From Fibrobacterota bacterium (GTDB taxonomy: Bacteria > Fibrobacterota > Fibrobacteria > UBA11236): DNA of 55,884 nt. Shown piece after piece: positions 29,732 to 39,677 of this stretch. The notes under the pieces were generated by a model. The model did not search any database. It was not told where the DNA came from and saw only the letters and a program-made list of their open reading frames with translations. The first letter of the stretch is position 1. Each line of letters opens with the position of its first letter. The stretch covers positions 1-55,884 of the forward strand of contig JAYUVP010000252.1 of the NCBI GenBank assembly GCA_043753995.1, given 5' to 3'. The position numbers and the translations under genes were made by a program.

Positions 29732-29867
29732 GACGTTTCCCTGGCTATTCTAGTTCCTGGGCGGCAACTCGGAAAACGGAAACGCCGATATTACTGTCAA
29801 AATTTTCTGAAATCCTGCAAATGACGTGTTAAAATCGGCCATATCCTAGCAATGGAGACCTTTAAAA

Positions 29868-30986
29868 ATGGACGCTTGGGACGATGGCTTATTGGATTCC
29901 ATGAGGACGGTGGCCGATCCTTTGGCAGACGAAACCGTGCAAGCCCTATTTCGCGACGGCCAAGTCGCCGCGGTGAATCTGGCTTTGGAGCATCTGTCAT
30001 CCAATTCGGAAAGCCCTCCGGAAGGCCTTCCACCTATACTGTTGCGCTTTTTGGATTCAAGCGGGCAAATGCCTACGGATCTCAACTGGGAGCGCATCGA
30101 CCGCGGTCAACAGCTATTCACACGTCACGGCCCCATTTTCGGCGTCGCCCTCATGTATGCCAGTCTACCCGCACTCTATGCTGGGGCCCGGGGAGGGGTG
30201 CAAATTCTCGCTATGACGGGACAACTCAAAAATCATTATCGCCGGCGTGCCTCTGAAACCCTACGCTTCATACTCGACGTCATGAAGCCCGGCGGACTTT
30301 CTCCCGCGGGGCAAGGCGTACGGTCGGCCCAAAAAGTCCGTCTCATGCATGCTACCATCCGCTATTTCGCGCGTACCTCGGGGCGCTGGGCGGCATTGCC
30401 GGAATGGGGTGCGCCCATCAATCAAGAAGAATTGGCCGGCACCTTGATGGCCTTTTCCGTGTTGGCCAGCGACAATGTGCAGCGCATGGGAATAACGCTG
30501 ACCGAAGGTGAAGCCGAGGATTATCAGCATGCCTGGCATGCCGTCGGACATATTCTGGGCATATCCGAATCCCTACGCCCGCTGAAATTGCCTGCGGCCC
30601 GCGCACTCTGGCGGCAGATGGGAGAACGCAATTTCGCGCGAACCAAGGAGGGCGTTTCACTGGCCCACGATCACCTGGCCTTCCTCGATGAAATGATTCC
30701 GGGCAAGGCCTTAGATGGTTTCAACTCCGCCCTCATGCGTTTTCTCATGGGGGATCCTATCGCCGTTACCTGCCTAGGATTGGCGCCGGCGTCCTGGTGG
30801 CAAGGATTGATTCGAGTTTTGCGCAAACTGCTGGGTATGGCCGAATTGTTTGTACCGGCTCGCGCGGGATGGAATTACCTCATCGCCGACATTAATCTTC
30901 GGATCATGGACGAATTGCAGAAATACTGGGCGGGCAAGGGCAGTGCGCCCTTTCGCCTTCCCACCCAATTGGAAAAGCCTTCTTGA
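29868..30986 (+). CDS. DUF2236 / MpaB-type (Lcp-related) heme oxygenase family protein
   Basis: ADPLADE, RRASET, VRLMHATIR, WGAPINQEEL; no signal peptide. Confidence 0.88.
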   Translation: MDAWDDGLLDSMRTVADPLADETVQALFRDGQVAAVNLALEHLSSNSESPPEGLPPILLRFLDSSGQMPTDLNWERIDRGQQLFTRHGPIFGVALMYASLPALYAGARGGVQILAMTGQLKNHYRRRASETLRFILDVMKPGGLSPAGQGVRSAQKVRLMHATIRYFARTSGRWAALPEWGAPINQEELAGTLMAFSVLASDNVQRMGITLTEGEAEDYQHAWHAVGHILGISESLRPLKLPAARALWRQMGERNFARTKEGVSLAHDHLAFLDEMIPGKALDGFNSALMRFLMGDPIAVTCLGLAPASWWQGLIRVLRKLLGMAELFVPARAGWNYLIADINLRIMDELQKYWAGKGSAPFRLPTQLEKPS

Positions 30987-31031
30987 ATTTGCATTCAGCC
31001 CATGCCCTCCGTCGGAAAATAAAGTGGAGTC

Positions 31032-31271
31032 ATGCCAATGATTTCCTTGGGCGCGGCCCCTATCGCCGCGCGCTTGAAAAGTTTATTCCCCCAATTGAAA
31101 TGGCTTGACGAACGCTTGCTGCGCCAGGGCGGCCAAGGTGGGCTGGTTGGTCTCTTCACCGGACGGGTGGGAGCAGGCAGTGGGGTTCGCCTAGCCCTGT
31201 TGGTTCTCATCGCCACCCTATTGGGGACTTTTAGCTATGGCTTGGTGGTGGGGCATAGGCTGCCTCAGTGA
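31032..31271 (+). CDS. Possible small membrane protein
   Basis: 79 aa with a C-terminal hydrophobic helix; TAAAGT 6 nt before ATG, like other apparently leaderless genes here. Confidence 0.4.
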   Translation: MPMISLGAAPIAARLKSLFPQLKWLDERLLRQGGQGGLVGLFTGRVGAGSGVRLALLVLIATLLGTFSYGLVVGHRLPQ

Positions 31272-31364
31272 TGCAGGGGCCCAGCCCTCCGCGCTATGGC
31301 ATGCGGCAAGGCTAAAAAGGCGATATCTTCGAAGCCTACCCCTTGAGGCAAGGCAGGAAAATCC

Positions 31365-32492
31365 ATGAACCAATGGGTCACATTTGGGACCAGCTTGCTT
31401 ATTGCTGCCGCCATTGTATTGGGCTATGAGAAAACGGATAAGCCGGAAGGTTGGGCCTCGCAATCTGGCGGCACCACGGGTGGCAGTGGCGGCACCGAGG
31501 TCACGGTAAGCACCATGGCCCAGTTGCAAGCCGAGGCGAAGTCTTCGGGTAAGAAAATCATTTTAGTGAATAAGGGAACTTATACTGGCCAAGTAGTACT
31601 GGCTTCCGACAAAAGCATTTTGGGAAAAGAACCCGGTGTCGTCATCAAAGGAACAATCAAGATTTCCAAGGTGAGCAATGTCATTATTCGCAATCTTGCG
31701 GTTCAAGGCGAGCACTGCTCGACCTATGAAGAATGCAAGGGCGGCGCCGACGGTATAGGCACTACCGAATCCCATCACATTTGGCTCGATCACTTGGATG
31801 TGTCTGATGGGCAAGACGGGAATTGCGATATCACCAATGGATCTGATTTTGTTACCGTGACATGGTCGAAATTTTCATACTCCTATGACAAAGAACATCG
31901 CTTCTCGAATTTGATCGCTGCGGACGACAATCTGGCCATCGATCAAGGCAAACTCAATATCACCTATGCCTATTGCTGGTGGGCCGATCGCGTGGTGGAG
32001 CGTCAGCCGCGTGGCCGGGCAGGCAAGGTGCATGTCGTGAATAATCTCTACACCTCGTCGGCCACCAATTATGTCTGCGGGCCCGGTGTTGAAATTCAAA
32101 TGCTTATTGAAAACAACAATATGAAGACTACCGGCACCGCCATCAAGCCATTCGATGGATCGCCAGCCCCTGCCTTCAAGTCGGTAGGCAATATCGGTAC
32201 CGCCAAGGATATTTCGATCAATCAAGGAACCGTATTCACTCCACCGTATACGCTTAGCCTGAAATTGGCGGCCACCGATGTGGAAGCCAAGGTCAAGCCT
32301 GCGGCAGGCAATACTTTGACCTTGGGGGAGGGTGGGGTGAGTCGTATCCTTTCTATTGAAAATAAACGTGTGACTCCCGTCTTACGTAAATTTGGGCCCA
32401 TTCTTCAAACATATTCGCCAAGGTTTTTGAGTTCACATAAGGATGTCATGGATTCAAGAGGGCGGACCTTGAAGGTAGATCGGGGATTCTAG
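31365..32492 (+). CDS. Secreted pectate lyase, family PL1
   Basis: GWASQSGGTTGG, NVIIRNL, HHIWLDH, DGNCD, ERQPR, HVVNN. Confidence 0.93.
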   Translation: MNQWVTFGTSLLIAAAIVLGYEKTDKPEGWASQSGGTTGGSGGTEVTVSTMAQLQAEAKSSGKKIILVNKGTYTGQVVLASDKSILGKEPGVVIKGTIKISKVSNVIIRNLAVQGEHCSTYEECKGGADGIGTTESHHIWLDHLDVSDGQDGNCDITNGSDFVTVTWSKFSYSYDKEHRFSNLIAADDNLAIDQGKLNITYAYCWWADRVVERQPRGRAGKVHVVNNLYTSSATNYVCGPGVEIQMLIENNNMKTTGTAIKPFDGSPAPAFKSVGNIGTAKDISINQGTVFTPPYTLSLKLAATDVEAKVKPAAGNTLTLGEGGVSRILSIENKRVTPVLRKFGPILQTYSPRFLSSHKDVMDSRGRTLKVDRGF

Positions 32493-32722
32493 AGTGCCTG
32501 AGAAATCATGACTATGCCTTTGCCGAACTGATCTTTACGAGCTGATCGGTAATACGTTTTTGAATGTCTTTGACACCAAAAGCCGCGTAGGCGATTTTCA
32601 AAAATCCAAAACATTTTTCCAATGGGTCCATTTTAACATTCATCCGTTTTGTTACAACGCAGATTTACCTATGCACATGCATCTTCAGGCGTGCTTCAGT
32701 TTTTTCGAGAAGGAGTCCAATT

Positions 32723-33865
32723 TTGAAACGGATCCATGTTCGCCTTTGCGTCCTGTTTTCCGGGTTAGCCGGTTTCGCCCTCGTGGGCTGCAATAAAAGT
32801 CCCGATGCCAAGCAGGTCGGCCAGGTTGCAGATTCCACCGGCCAAGCAGGCTTCCTTCCGCCCGATTCCGACAAGACCGGATCCACGGGGGTGGACACCT
32901 CGGAACTCTGGAAAGTCGCGCCCTTCCCGGAACATGGCTCTGGCGGAGACGCATCCGTCTATTATATCCCTTGGGAGGATACCACGATATTTTCCAATCC
33001 CCTGTCCGAGGACTCGGCGGAAGGGTTGACCACAGCGTTTTTCGAAGCCGTGTCGGGCCAGTACCCCATCCTTTACGATGCCTCCAAACGCTCCAATGAC
33101 ACGGCGCCTGATTCCACCCTGCAATCCACCCCGCAAACCTTCGAGGAGACCCTGGATATTAGGCAATGCGGCGGGAGCGAACATTTCAGCACGTTGGATC
33201 ATCAGGAGATGGCGGCGGATATCCTTTTCGGTTCGGCTCCCAAAAAAGGCTTCACCTATCAAATCCTCGGGAAGGGCGGGGCCTTGATCCGGGCCCCTCT
33301 GGAATTCGATTCCATGATGGCGAATATTCACGTGGATATGGGTGACTATAATGTCCAGGAGCCGGTATGGCGCGCGTCCTGCTCCAAGCCCGGATTTCAG
33401 AGGGCCATCGGGTCCTTGCAAGGGAATGCCTTCGTTCTTGGATCGAAGCTGCCGCTCCGCAATGTCGCCGTCAAGCCGGCGCCCATCAGCGATTCCCTCA
33501 AGCTTGCCATACTGAAGGGCATACTCCCCGACATGTCCATGCTCCGGATCTTCAGTGGCATCGAGTTCTATTCCGCCGGGTCGGATGGATCGACCATGAG
33601 GTGCCTCATCACTTTCCGGACTCCGAACGAGCGGGTGCACATGTGCGCGGTGGAGGTGGCAGACGAAAAGAGTTCGGTCCTGTTCCAGGTGAACACCCAC
33701 GAATCGAGAAACCTGGAGTTCTTCCTCTCCCTGACCGAATCTCCCTTGGCGGATGTATTCGTGATCCGGATTTATGAAGTCACGCATGTCATCAGGAAGA
33801 TGGACGGGAAGTGGCAGGAAGCCGGTGGCATCGAATACAATGACATGAATAATGCTGGATGCTAA
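32723..33865 (+). CDS. Hypothetical lipoprotein
   Basis: AAGGAG SD + TTG start; ALVGC lipobox; acidic linker; no family recognised. Confidence 0.7.
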   Translation: MKRIHVRLCVLFSGLAGFALVGCNKSPDAKQVGQVADSTGQAGFLPPDSDKTGSTGVDTSELWKVAPFPEHGSGGDASVYYIPWEDTTIFSNPLSEDSAEGLTTAFFEAVSGQYPILYDASKRSNDTAPDSTLQSTPQTFEETLDIRQCGGSEHFSTLDHQEMAADILFGSAPKKGFTYQILGKGGALIRAPLEFDSMMANIHVDMGDYNVQEPVWRASCSKPGFQRAIGSLQGNAFVLGSKLPLRNVAVKPAPISDSLKLAILKGILPDMSMLRIFSGIEFYSAGSDGSTMRCLITFRTPNERVHMCAVEVADEKSSVLFQVNTHESRNLEFFLSLTESPLADVFVIRIYEVTHVIRKMDGKWQEAGGIEYNDMNNAGC

Positions 33866-34023
33866 TTCCGGGATACCGACCTGGTGACTCTTGTCCCTGG
33901 AAACGAAACCCAAGACAATGGGGAGACGTTCACAACACCTTCCGATTTAGGTGTTGTTAGACGATATTTTTGTGACCACCGCACCTCCCACTTGACCATT
34001 GTGACAAAAACAGGGAATTCCGG

Positions 34024-36726
34024 TTACCCCAAATCATTCAGCGCTTCCGCCAACTTTTCGACTCGCTCTTGTTGATTGCGCAATTTCTCGCGCTCGGCTT
34101 CAACCACATCAGCAGGCGCGCCTTGCACGAATTTTTCATTCTGCAATTTCTTTTCTTGCATGGCGACAAAGCCCTTAGCCTTTTCCAATTCCTTAGAGAG
34201 GCGCTGGCGTTCGGCTTCGGGGTCGAGTATTCCTTGCAAGGGCACGAAAATTTTTCCGCCAGATATCAATGTGGACGCTGAAAAGGGGGGCTTGGCCAAG
34301 CTTAAACCGGCTTCGACGCTTTCCAGTTTTTCGAGGCCACCTGCCAAGGACAAATACGGTTGCAGGGCAGCCAAGACGGGTGCCGCATCGATTTGCACCA
34401 AGACCTTCAAAGCTTGATTGGGTCCTAAGCCATAGTTGCCGCGAATTTGCCGCACGGCTTCGACGACGGCCAATACGCCTTCCATGGCTTGGCGATCCGC
34501 GACGGTAAACGCGGCTTGCGCGGCATTGGGCTTGGGCCAGTTGCCCGTGATCAGCATGCCCGAAGGCGCTCCTCCGGAAGCTTGCAAATGACTCCAAATT
34601 TCTTCGGTGATAAACGGAATGAAGGGATGCAATAAGGCAAGCAAATCACGCAGCACAGCCACGAATACCGAGACGGCGATTTCCTTTTCGCGTCCTGCTT
34701 CGCCCGTGATGGCCTTCTTGCGCAATTCCAAATAGGTTGAACAGAAATCATCCCAAGTAAAGCGGTAAAGAGCCAAAGCGGCTTCTGAGAAGCGCAGATT
34801 GGGTGGTTCCAGGGCTTCCGTGACCGTCGCCACGGTTTCGGCAAGGCGTGATAAAATCCAGCGATCGGGCAAGGTCAGGTCGGCGGCCGAGAGATTCAGG
34901 GTCACCGCAGTGTTACCTGCAATATGCGGATGCACGAAGCGGGCGGCATTCCACAACTTGTTTGCAAAATTGCGGCCGGACTCGAACTTGGTCGGCGCAA
35001 GCTTGATGTCTTGGCCTTCGGTGGTCAAGGTCAGCAAGGCAAAGCGCATGGCATCAGCCCCGAATTGCTCGATCATTTCAATGGGATCGATGCCATTGCC
35101 CTTGCTCTTGCTCATGCGCTGGCCCTTCTCGTCGAGAATGGTGCCATGGATATAAACGGTGTGAAAGGGCGCCTTGCCTAAGAAATTGAGGCCCGAAAAC
35201 ACCATGCGCGCGACCCAGAAATAAATGATGTCGCGCGCCGTGACGAGCACATCATTAGGGTAAAAGGTGTCGAGATCCGGTGTCTTGTCGGGCCAACCCA
35301 AGGTCGAAAATGGCCACAAGGCACTGCTAAACCAGGTGTCAAGCACGTCTTCTTCTTGCTTCAGCTTCACCTCGGCGCCGAATTTTGCATGGGCCTGGGT
35401 GATAGCTTCGGCTTCGGTACGGGCTACCACATAGGGCGTGGCATCGGTAACTTGTCCATTCGTGGCAGAGATCGCATACCACACCGGGATTTGATGCCCC
35501 CACCAGAGCTGCCGGGATATGCACCAATCGCGAAAGGGTTCGAGCCAAGCATTGTAGGTCTTGGCATAGCGCTCAGGAACAAAACGTGTATCGCCCTTGG
35601 CCACGGCCTCCAAGGCGGGTATGGCCAGAGGTTTCATGTGCACATACCATTGCGCCAGCAAGGTGGGTTCCACCACGTCGCCGGAGCGATAGCAGGTGGG
35701 TATGGGAATGACGCGATCTTCCACCGACACCAATTGGCCATTGGCTTCCAGCTCTTCCACGAGGCGTTTGCGGGCCACGAAGCGATCGAGCCCCGCATAA
35801 GGCCCAGCTTGATCATTGAGCTTGGCGTCGAGGCCCAGAGCCACGATGGGCTTGAGCTGATGGCGCTGGCCCACTTCATAATCATTGAAGTCATGCGCTG
35901 GCGTGATTTTCACCGCGCCGGTTCCCTTGGTAGGATCGGCATGTTCGTCGGCGATAATGGGTATGGGGCGATGGATGATGGGAATAAGCACGCGCTTGCC
36001 AATGAGATGCTTGTAACGCTCGTCCTCGGCATGCACGGCAATGGCGACATCACCGAAAAGGGTTTCGGGGCGCGTGGTCGCAACCACGATGCCTTGGGTC
36101 GCATCGTCTTCGAGCAAATAGCGTATGGACCAAAAATGGCCCTTGGTCTCTTTGTTCTCGACTTCTTCATCGGCCAGAGCGGTTTGCAGCTTGGGGCACC
36201 AATTCACGAGGCGGGCGCCGCGATAGATCAGGCCTTGCTCATGGAGGCGTACGAACACTTCGCGCACCGCGCGCGAAAGGCCTTCGTCCATGGTGAAACG
36301 CAAGCGATCCCAATCGCAAGAGCAGCCCATGCGCTTGAGTTGATCGACAATGCGCTGGCCGTATTCGTTTTTCCAATCCCAGACGCGCTCGATGAATTTC
36401 TCGCGGCCGAGATCGTGCTTGCTCTTGCCCTCTTTTTGCAGGCCGCGCTCGACCACGCTTTGCGTGGCAATACCAGCATGATCGGTGCCGGGCTGCCATA
36501 GGGTTTTGAAACCCTGCAAGCGCTTGAAACGGATCAACACGTCTTGCAAGGTATTGTTGAGCGCATGCCCCATATGCAAGGCGCCCGTCACATTCGGCGG
36601 AGGGATGACAATGGTAAAGGGTTTGCTTTCTACACCCGGCTTGGACGCTGGTGCAAAGGCTTTGGCGGCTTCCCAAGCGGCATACCACTTGGCTTCAATA
36701 TCTCCGGGAGTATAACGGCTTTCCAT
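34024..36726 (-). CDS. valS: Valine--tRNA ligase
   Basis: PPPNVTGALHMGHA, GTDHAGIATQ, ATTRPET, DWCISRQLWWGH, DVLDTWFSS, RMSKSKGN; C-terminal coiled coil. Confidence 0.98.
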   Translation of the reverse strand: MESRYTPGDIEAKWYAAWEAAKAFAPASKPGVESKPFTIVIPPPNVTGALHMGHALNNTLQDVLIRFKRLQGFKTLWQPGTDHAGIATQSVVERGLQKEGKSKHDLGREKFIERVWDWKNEYGQRIVDQLKRMGCSCDWDRLRFTMDEGLSRAVREVFVRLHEQGLIYRGARLVNWCPKLQTALADEEVENKETKGHFWSIRYLLEDDATQGIVVATTRPETLFGDVAIAVHAEDERYKHLIGKRVLIPIIHRPIPIIADEHADPTKGTGAVKITPAHDFNDYEVGQRHQLKPIVALGLDAKLNDQAGPYAGLDRFVARKRLVEELEANGQLVSVEDRVIPIPTCYRSGDVVEPTLLAQWYVHMKPLAIPALEAVAKGDTRFVPERYAKTYNAWLEPFRDWCISRQLWWGHQIPVWYAISATNGQVTDATPYVVARTEAEAITQAHAKFGAEVKLKQEEDVLDTWFSSALWPFSTLGWPDKTPDLDTFYPNDVLVTARDIIYFWVARMVFSGLNFLGKAPFHTVYIHGTILDEKGQRMSKSKGNGIDPIEMIEQFGADAMRFALLTLTTEGQDIKLAPTKFESGRNFANKLWNAARFVHPHIAGNTAVTLNLSAADLTLPDRWILSRLAETVATVTEALEPPNLRFSEAALALYRFTWDDFCSTYLELRKKAITGEAGREKEIAVSVFVAVLRDLLALLHPFIPFITEEIWSHLQASGGAPSGMLITGNWPKPNAAQAAFTVADRQAMEGVLAVVEAVRQIRGNYGLGPNQALKVLVQIDAAPVLAALQPYLSLAGGLEKLESVEAGLSLAKPPFSASTLISGGKIFVPLQGILDPEAERQRLSKELEKAKGFVAMQEKKLQNEKFVQGAPADVVEAEREKLRNQQERVEKLAEALNDLG

Positions 36727-36770
36727 AGTGAGGGAAATGTAAGTCCCCCAGAGGGGCTATTTTTACGGGC

Positions 36771-36971
36771 ATGCGACTGACGGTGAACGGTGAAATGCGT
36801 GAAGTCCCCGCAGGTATGCGGGTGACGGGCTTACTAGAACTTTATCGCCTCAAGCCCGAGGGCGTGGTGGTCGAATTGAATCTCGAAGTGCCAGCCAAGG
36901 CGCTCTATGGCGAACTGGAATTAAAGGATGGCGACCGCATCGAGATTGTGAAATTCATGGGCGGGGGTTGA
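36771..36971 (+). CDS. thiS: Sulfur-carrier protein ThiS
   Basis: MRLTVNGE...VVVELN.EV...DGDRIEIVKFMGGG with a C-terminal GG. Confidence 0.92.
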   Translation: MRLTVNGEMREVPAGMRVTGLLELYRLKPEGVVVELNLEVPAKALYGELELKDGDRIEIVKFMGGG

Positions 36972-39624
36972 GACGGCCATCCAGGCGCCTTTGCGGAGTC
37001 GCGGGAAAGACGGGATTATAGGGCAATCCGAGCCGATGCCGTCGGAAGCGAGAGCCACCTGGCTGGCCTTCCATCGGTTTTGCCGACCCCTTAACAAAAC
37101 CTATCGACACTGGAGATTCGCCGTCATTCAGGGAACGGCCCCATAGCCCCATGCCCCAGGTCGCGGCCAGCAAATAAGGTTTTTCCCCGCGAGTGTGAAT
37201 GCGAAGGCGCTGGGTATGGGGGAAAGGCAATCTCTGGCGATAATCCTGGCCCGAGCCTGTCCAATCCCGCCATAGCATGCTGTCCGTCTGCGTCAGAATG
37301 CCGCGATAAAGGCCGAGTCCGCGCCTTTGCTTTCCGCGCGAGCCAAGACCGACCAGGAGACTGCTGTCTAGGCCGACCAAGGATTCAAAATGCAAATCCA
37401 CGGCTGTATCGACCCATTGGCGGGCGGGGCTTAGCAGGCCAATGCGGCCTTCGCGATCGGGTAATTGTAGGGCCGCTTCGGCGCTGAAGACTTTCTTCCA
37501 ATCTCGATTTCCTTGGCGCAACCAGACGACTGGTTTGCGATTTTCGAGACCGGATACGGCCACCAAAGTCTCTCCCCGAAAGGACCACACTGCCATGTCC
37601 TCGGCATCTAATCCCCCGGCTGCGGCATCGTGGAGGCGAGTCCAGGTATAGGCCCCGTCTAGGCCGGGCACGCCGCGCCATGTGCCATTGGCGGCCAAGG
37701 CCCACAGGCGAGCACTGTCATTCGGGTCAAAGAAAACTCTTTTGAGGCTTTTATTTTCCGGGCCGCCAGAACCGATGGAGCGAAAGGCTGATTCACCGCC
37801 CTCGCCAAATAATGCGGCGACATCATCGATGAGAAAAGGCCCCTGGGCCGTGGCAATAGCCACTTGATGCGGTCGACGAGCATTATAGGCGATGTCAAAG
37901 ATGCGAGTTCTCGGCAGGCCTCCCCGGTTCTGGGTACCTTGGCCGTTACCCTGAGCTTGCGACTCTGCCCAATCTCCGCCCGCCAAAGGTTTCCAAGTGT
38001 CGCGTGGATTGCCTTGCAGCATTTGCAGGCCGAGTAAAAAACCATTGTCCGACCCTCCCGCCGCTGCCGCTTCGGTGGAAAGGCCGGCCAGCATAAGGCC
38101 CGGCTCACCAGGAATGAAAAGCGCTGCATCGCCTTGCCTGGCCCAAGCGGCGGGTTTTCCGGAAACGCTGCCCGCAAAGGTCTCCGTGTCTACCACGCGT
38201 TGGCACCAGCTTTGTCCTGAATCCCAGCTTTCGAGCAGGCCTTGTTCCGCTTGGGCTTGCACGAAATAGGCGCCTGCCGCAGCGACATCCCGGGTGTGAA
38301 ACGCTTCGAGGCCGAGACCGGCATAGGTCGCCACGGTGTCGCCCAAGGCAGTGCCCGGGGCGGCGAAGGTGCGTTTCTGCACCGTGGTGAGCGGTGACCA
38401 AAGCGTGGGCTGACTGGGCTGACCCTGATAAATCGTAGGCCCGGAGGCGGTCAAAAGATTGCGCCTTTTCCAAGGCGTCGGAGCGAAGGCATAAGGGCGG
38501 CATTGCCCCGGGGCATTGCTCCAGCCACGGTTAGGTAACCGGGGCGTGACCTTGGGGCGATTTTCCCAAAGCTTGGTGAATGCAGCTTCATAGCCAGTAG
38601 CGCTTACCGTCACATTGACTTCGTAAAGCGGCGAATCGCCTGTGAGCGAGGCGAAAACCAAGCGATGCTGATTCGCACTGGAATTGGGATCGAAGGCGGG
38701 CTGCCCAAAAGGCAGGGACATTTCCGCATTTGCAGAATCACCCCAAGTGGGCGTGAGATCTTGCCACTTGGGTAGTCCCTCGGTGGGAGAGGCAAATAAA
38801 TGGGTCGCTTTTGTGAAACGAAAAGATTTTTCCTCGTCAGCGATTTCATCGAAACGCACCCCGAAAAAGGCATAAATGGTTTTACCGTCATGGGAGAGCG
38901 CGGCGCCACGACAATGACCCCCCATCGCGGTGAGGGGAGCCGCAAAAGTTTCAAATGTGAGTCCGGTGTCATGAGAACGGAAAAGTCCGGCGTCGGCGGC
39001 AATAAAAACGGTTTTGATATCATAGGCAGGCGCAATCAAGCTGAAAACTTGCCTATAGCCATTGCTCGTAGCGAAATTGATTTTTTTCCACTGCGCACCC
39101 CGATTCGCCGAACGGTAGAGGACGCGATTGCCGCTCAAGGGGGTTCCGAGGGAAGAGGTGAGGGAGTCGTTATCTCCCCAACCCGGAGCCACGAAAATCA
39201 GTTTTGAATCGGCGCCATGCAAGGCAATGAATCCCACCGATTCGTTCGAAGGCGGACCTTCGAGGGCGCGAACCCTTTCCCAAGACAAGCCGCCATTGGC
39301 TGAAATCTGCATGCCCGAGCGTGTACCCACATAGAATCGCCCGCCTTGGGCTTGGTCGACAGCGAAAGACAAAGCCGCAAGATCGTTTTGGATAGTGCCG
39401 AGATAAGTCCATGGTTGGTTAACACTATCGTGGCGAAAAAGGCCAAGGCCTTCGACCCAAGCGAAAAAATGATTGGGCTCCGAAGCGGGAAAAATGCCGC
39501 TAATTCGGCCCCCTCCGGGATTGAGATTTTGCCAAAGTGGGGGAGGCAAGGTTGCCGCCACGGATATCACGGAAAGAAAGGAAAGGCCTAGGGCACAAGC
39601 CGAATTCCAAGGCTGCCAATGCAT
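36955..39624 (-). CDS. Large secreted BNR/Asp-box beta-propeller (sialidase/GH74/VPS10-like fold)
   Basis: Signal peptide; WQNLNPGGGRI; Asp-boxes SANGGLSW, SANRGAQW, SHDTGLTF, SWDSGQSW; terminal AATWGMGLW. Confidence 0.8.
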   Translation of the reverse strand: MHWQPWNSACALGLSFLSVISVAATLPPPLWQNLNPGGGRISGIFPASEPNHFFAWVEGLGLFRHDSVNQPWTYLGTIQNDLAALSFAVDQAQGGRFYVGTRSGMQISANGGLSWERVRALEGPPSNESVGFIALHGADSKLIFVAPGWGDNDSLTSSLGTPLSGNRVLYRSANRGAQWKKINFATSNGYRQVFSLIAPAYDIKTVFIAADAGLFRSHDTGLTFETFAAPLTAMGGHCRGAALSHDGKTIYAFFGVRFDEIADEEKSFRFTKATHLFASPTEGLPKWQDLTPTWGDSANAEMSLPFGQPAFDPNSSANQHRLVFASLTGDSPLYEVNVTVSATGYEAAFTKLWENRPKVTPRLPNRGWSNAPGQCRPYAFAPTPWKRRNLLTASGPTIYQGQPSQPTLWSPLTTVQKRTFAAPGTALGDTVATYAGLGLEAFHTRDVAAAGAYFVQAQAEQGLLESWDSGQSWCQRVVDTETFAGSVSGKPAAWARQGDAALFIPGEPGLMLAGLSTEAAAAGGSDNGFLLGLQMLQGNPRDTWKPLAGGDWAESQAQGNGQGTQNRGGLPRTRIFDIAYNARRPHQVAIATAQGPFLIDDVAALFGEGGESAFRSIGSGGPENKSLKRVFFDPNDSARLWALAANGTWRGVPGLDGAYTWTRLHDAAAGGLDAEDMAVWSFRGETLVAVSGLENRKPVVWLRQGNRDWKKVFSAEAALQLPDREGRIGLLSPARQWVDTAVDLHFESLVGLDSSLLVGLGSRGKQRRGLGLYRGILTQTDSMLWRDWTGSGQDYRQRLPFPHTQRLRIHTRGEKPYLLAATWGMGLWGRSLNDGESPVSIGFVKGSAKPMEGQPGGSRFRRHRLGLPYNPVFPATPQRRLDGRLNPRP

Positions 39625-39677
39625 GAAACTCTCCCCTGAAAGTGAATCAGGTTATTCCGGAGAGCATAGGCTATTTC

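Noticed and set aside
29765..29791. Sigma28 promoter (GCCGATAT) before the DUF2236 gene
   Set aside because: The -35 (CAAC) is a poor match, and a TATCCT plus GGAG closer to the gene suffices.
32765..33913. 382-aa minus-strand ORF
   Set aside because: Antisense to a lipoprotein that has an SD and lipobox; Arg/His/Gly-rich shadow composition.
33866..33965. Integron attC site
   Set aside because: GTTAGAC is present but there is no matching RYYYAAC or L boxes, and no integrase or second cassette.
35356..36501. 381-aa plus-strand ORF
   Set aside because: Antisense shadow of valS.
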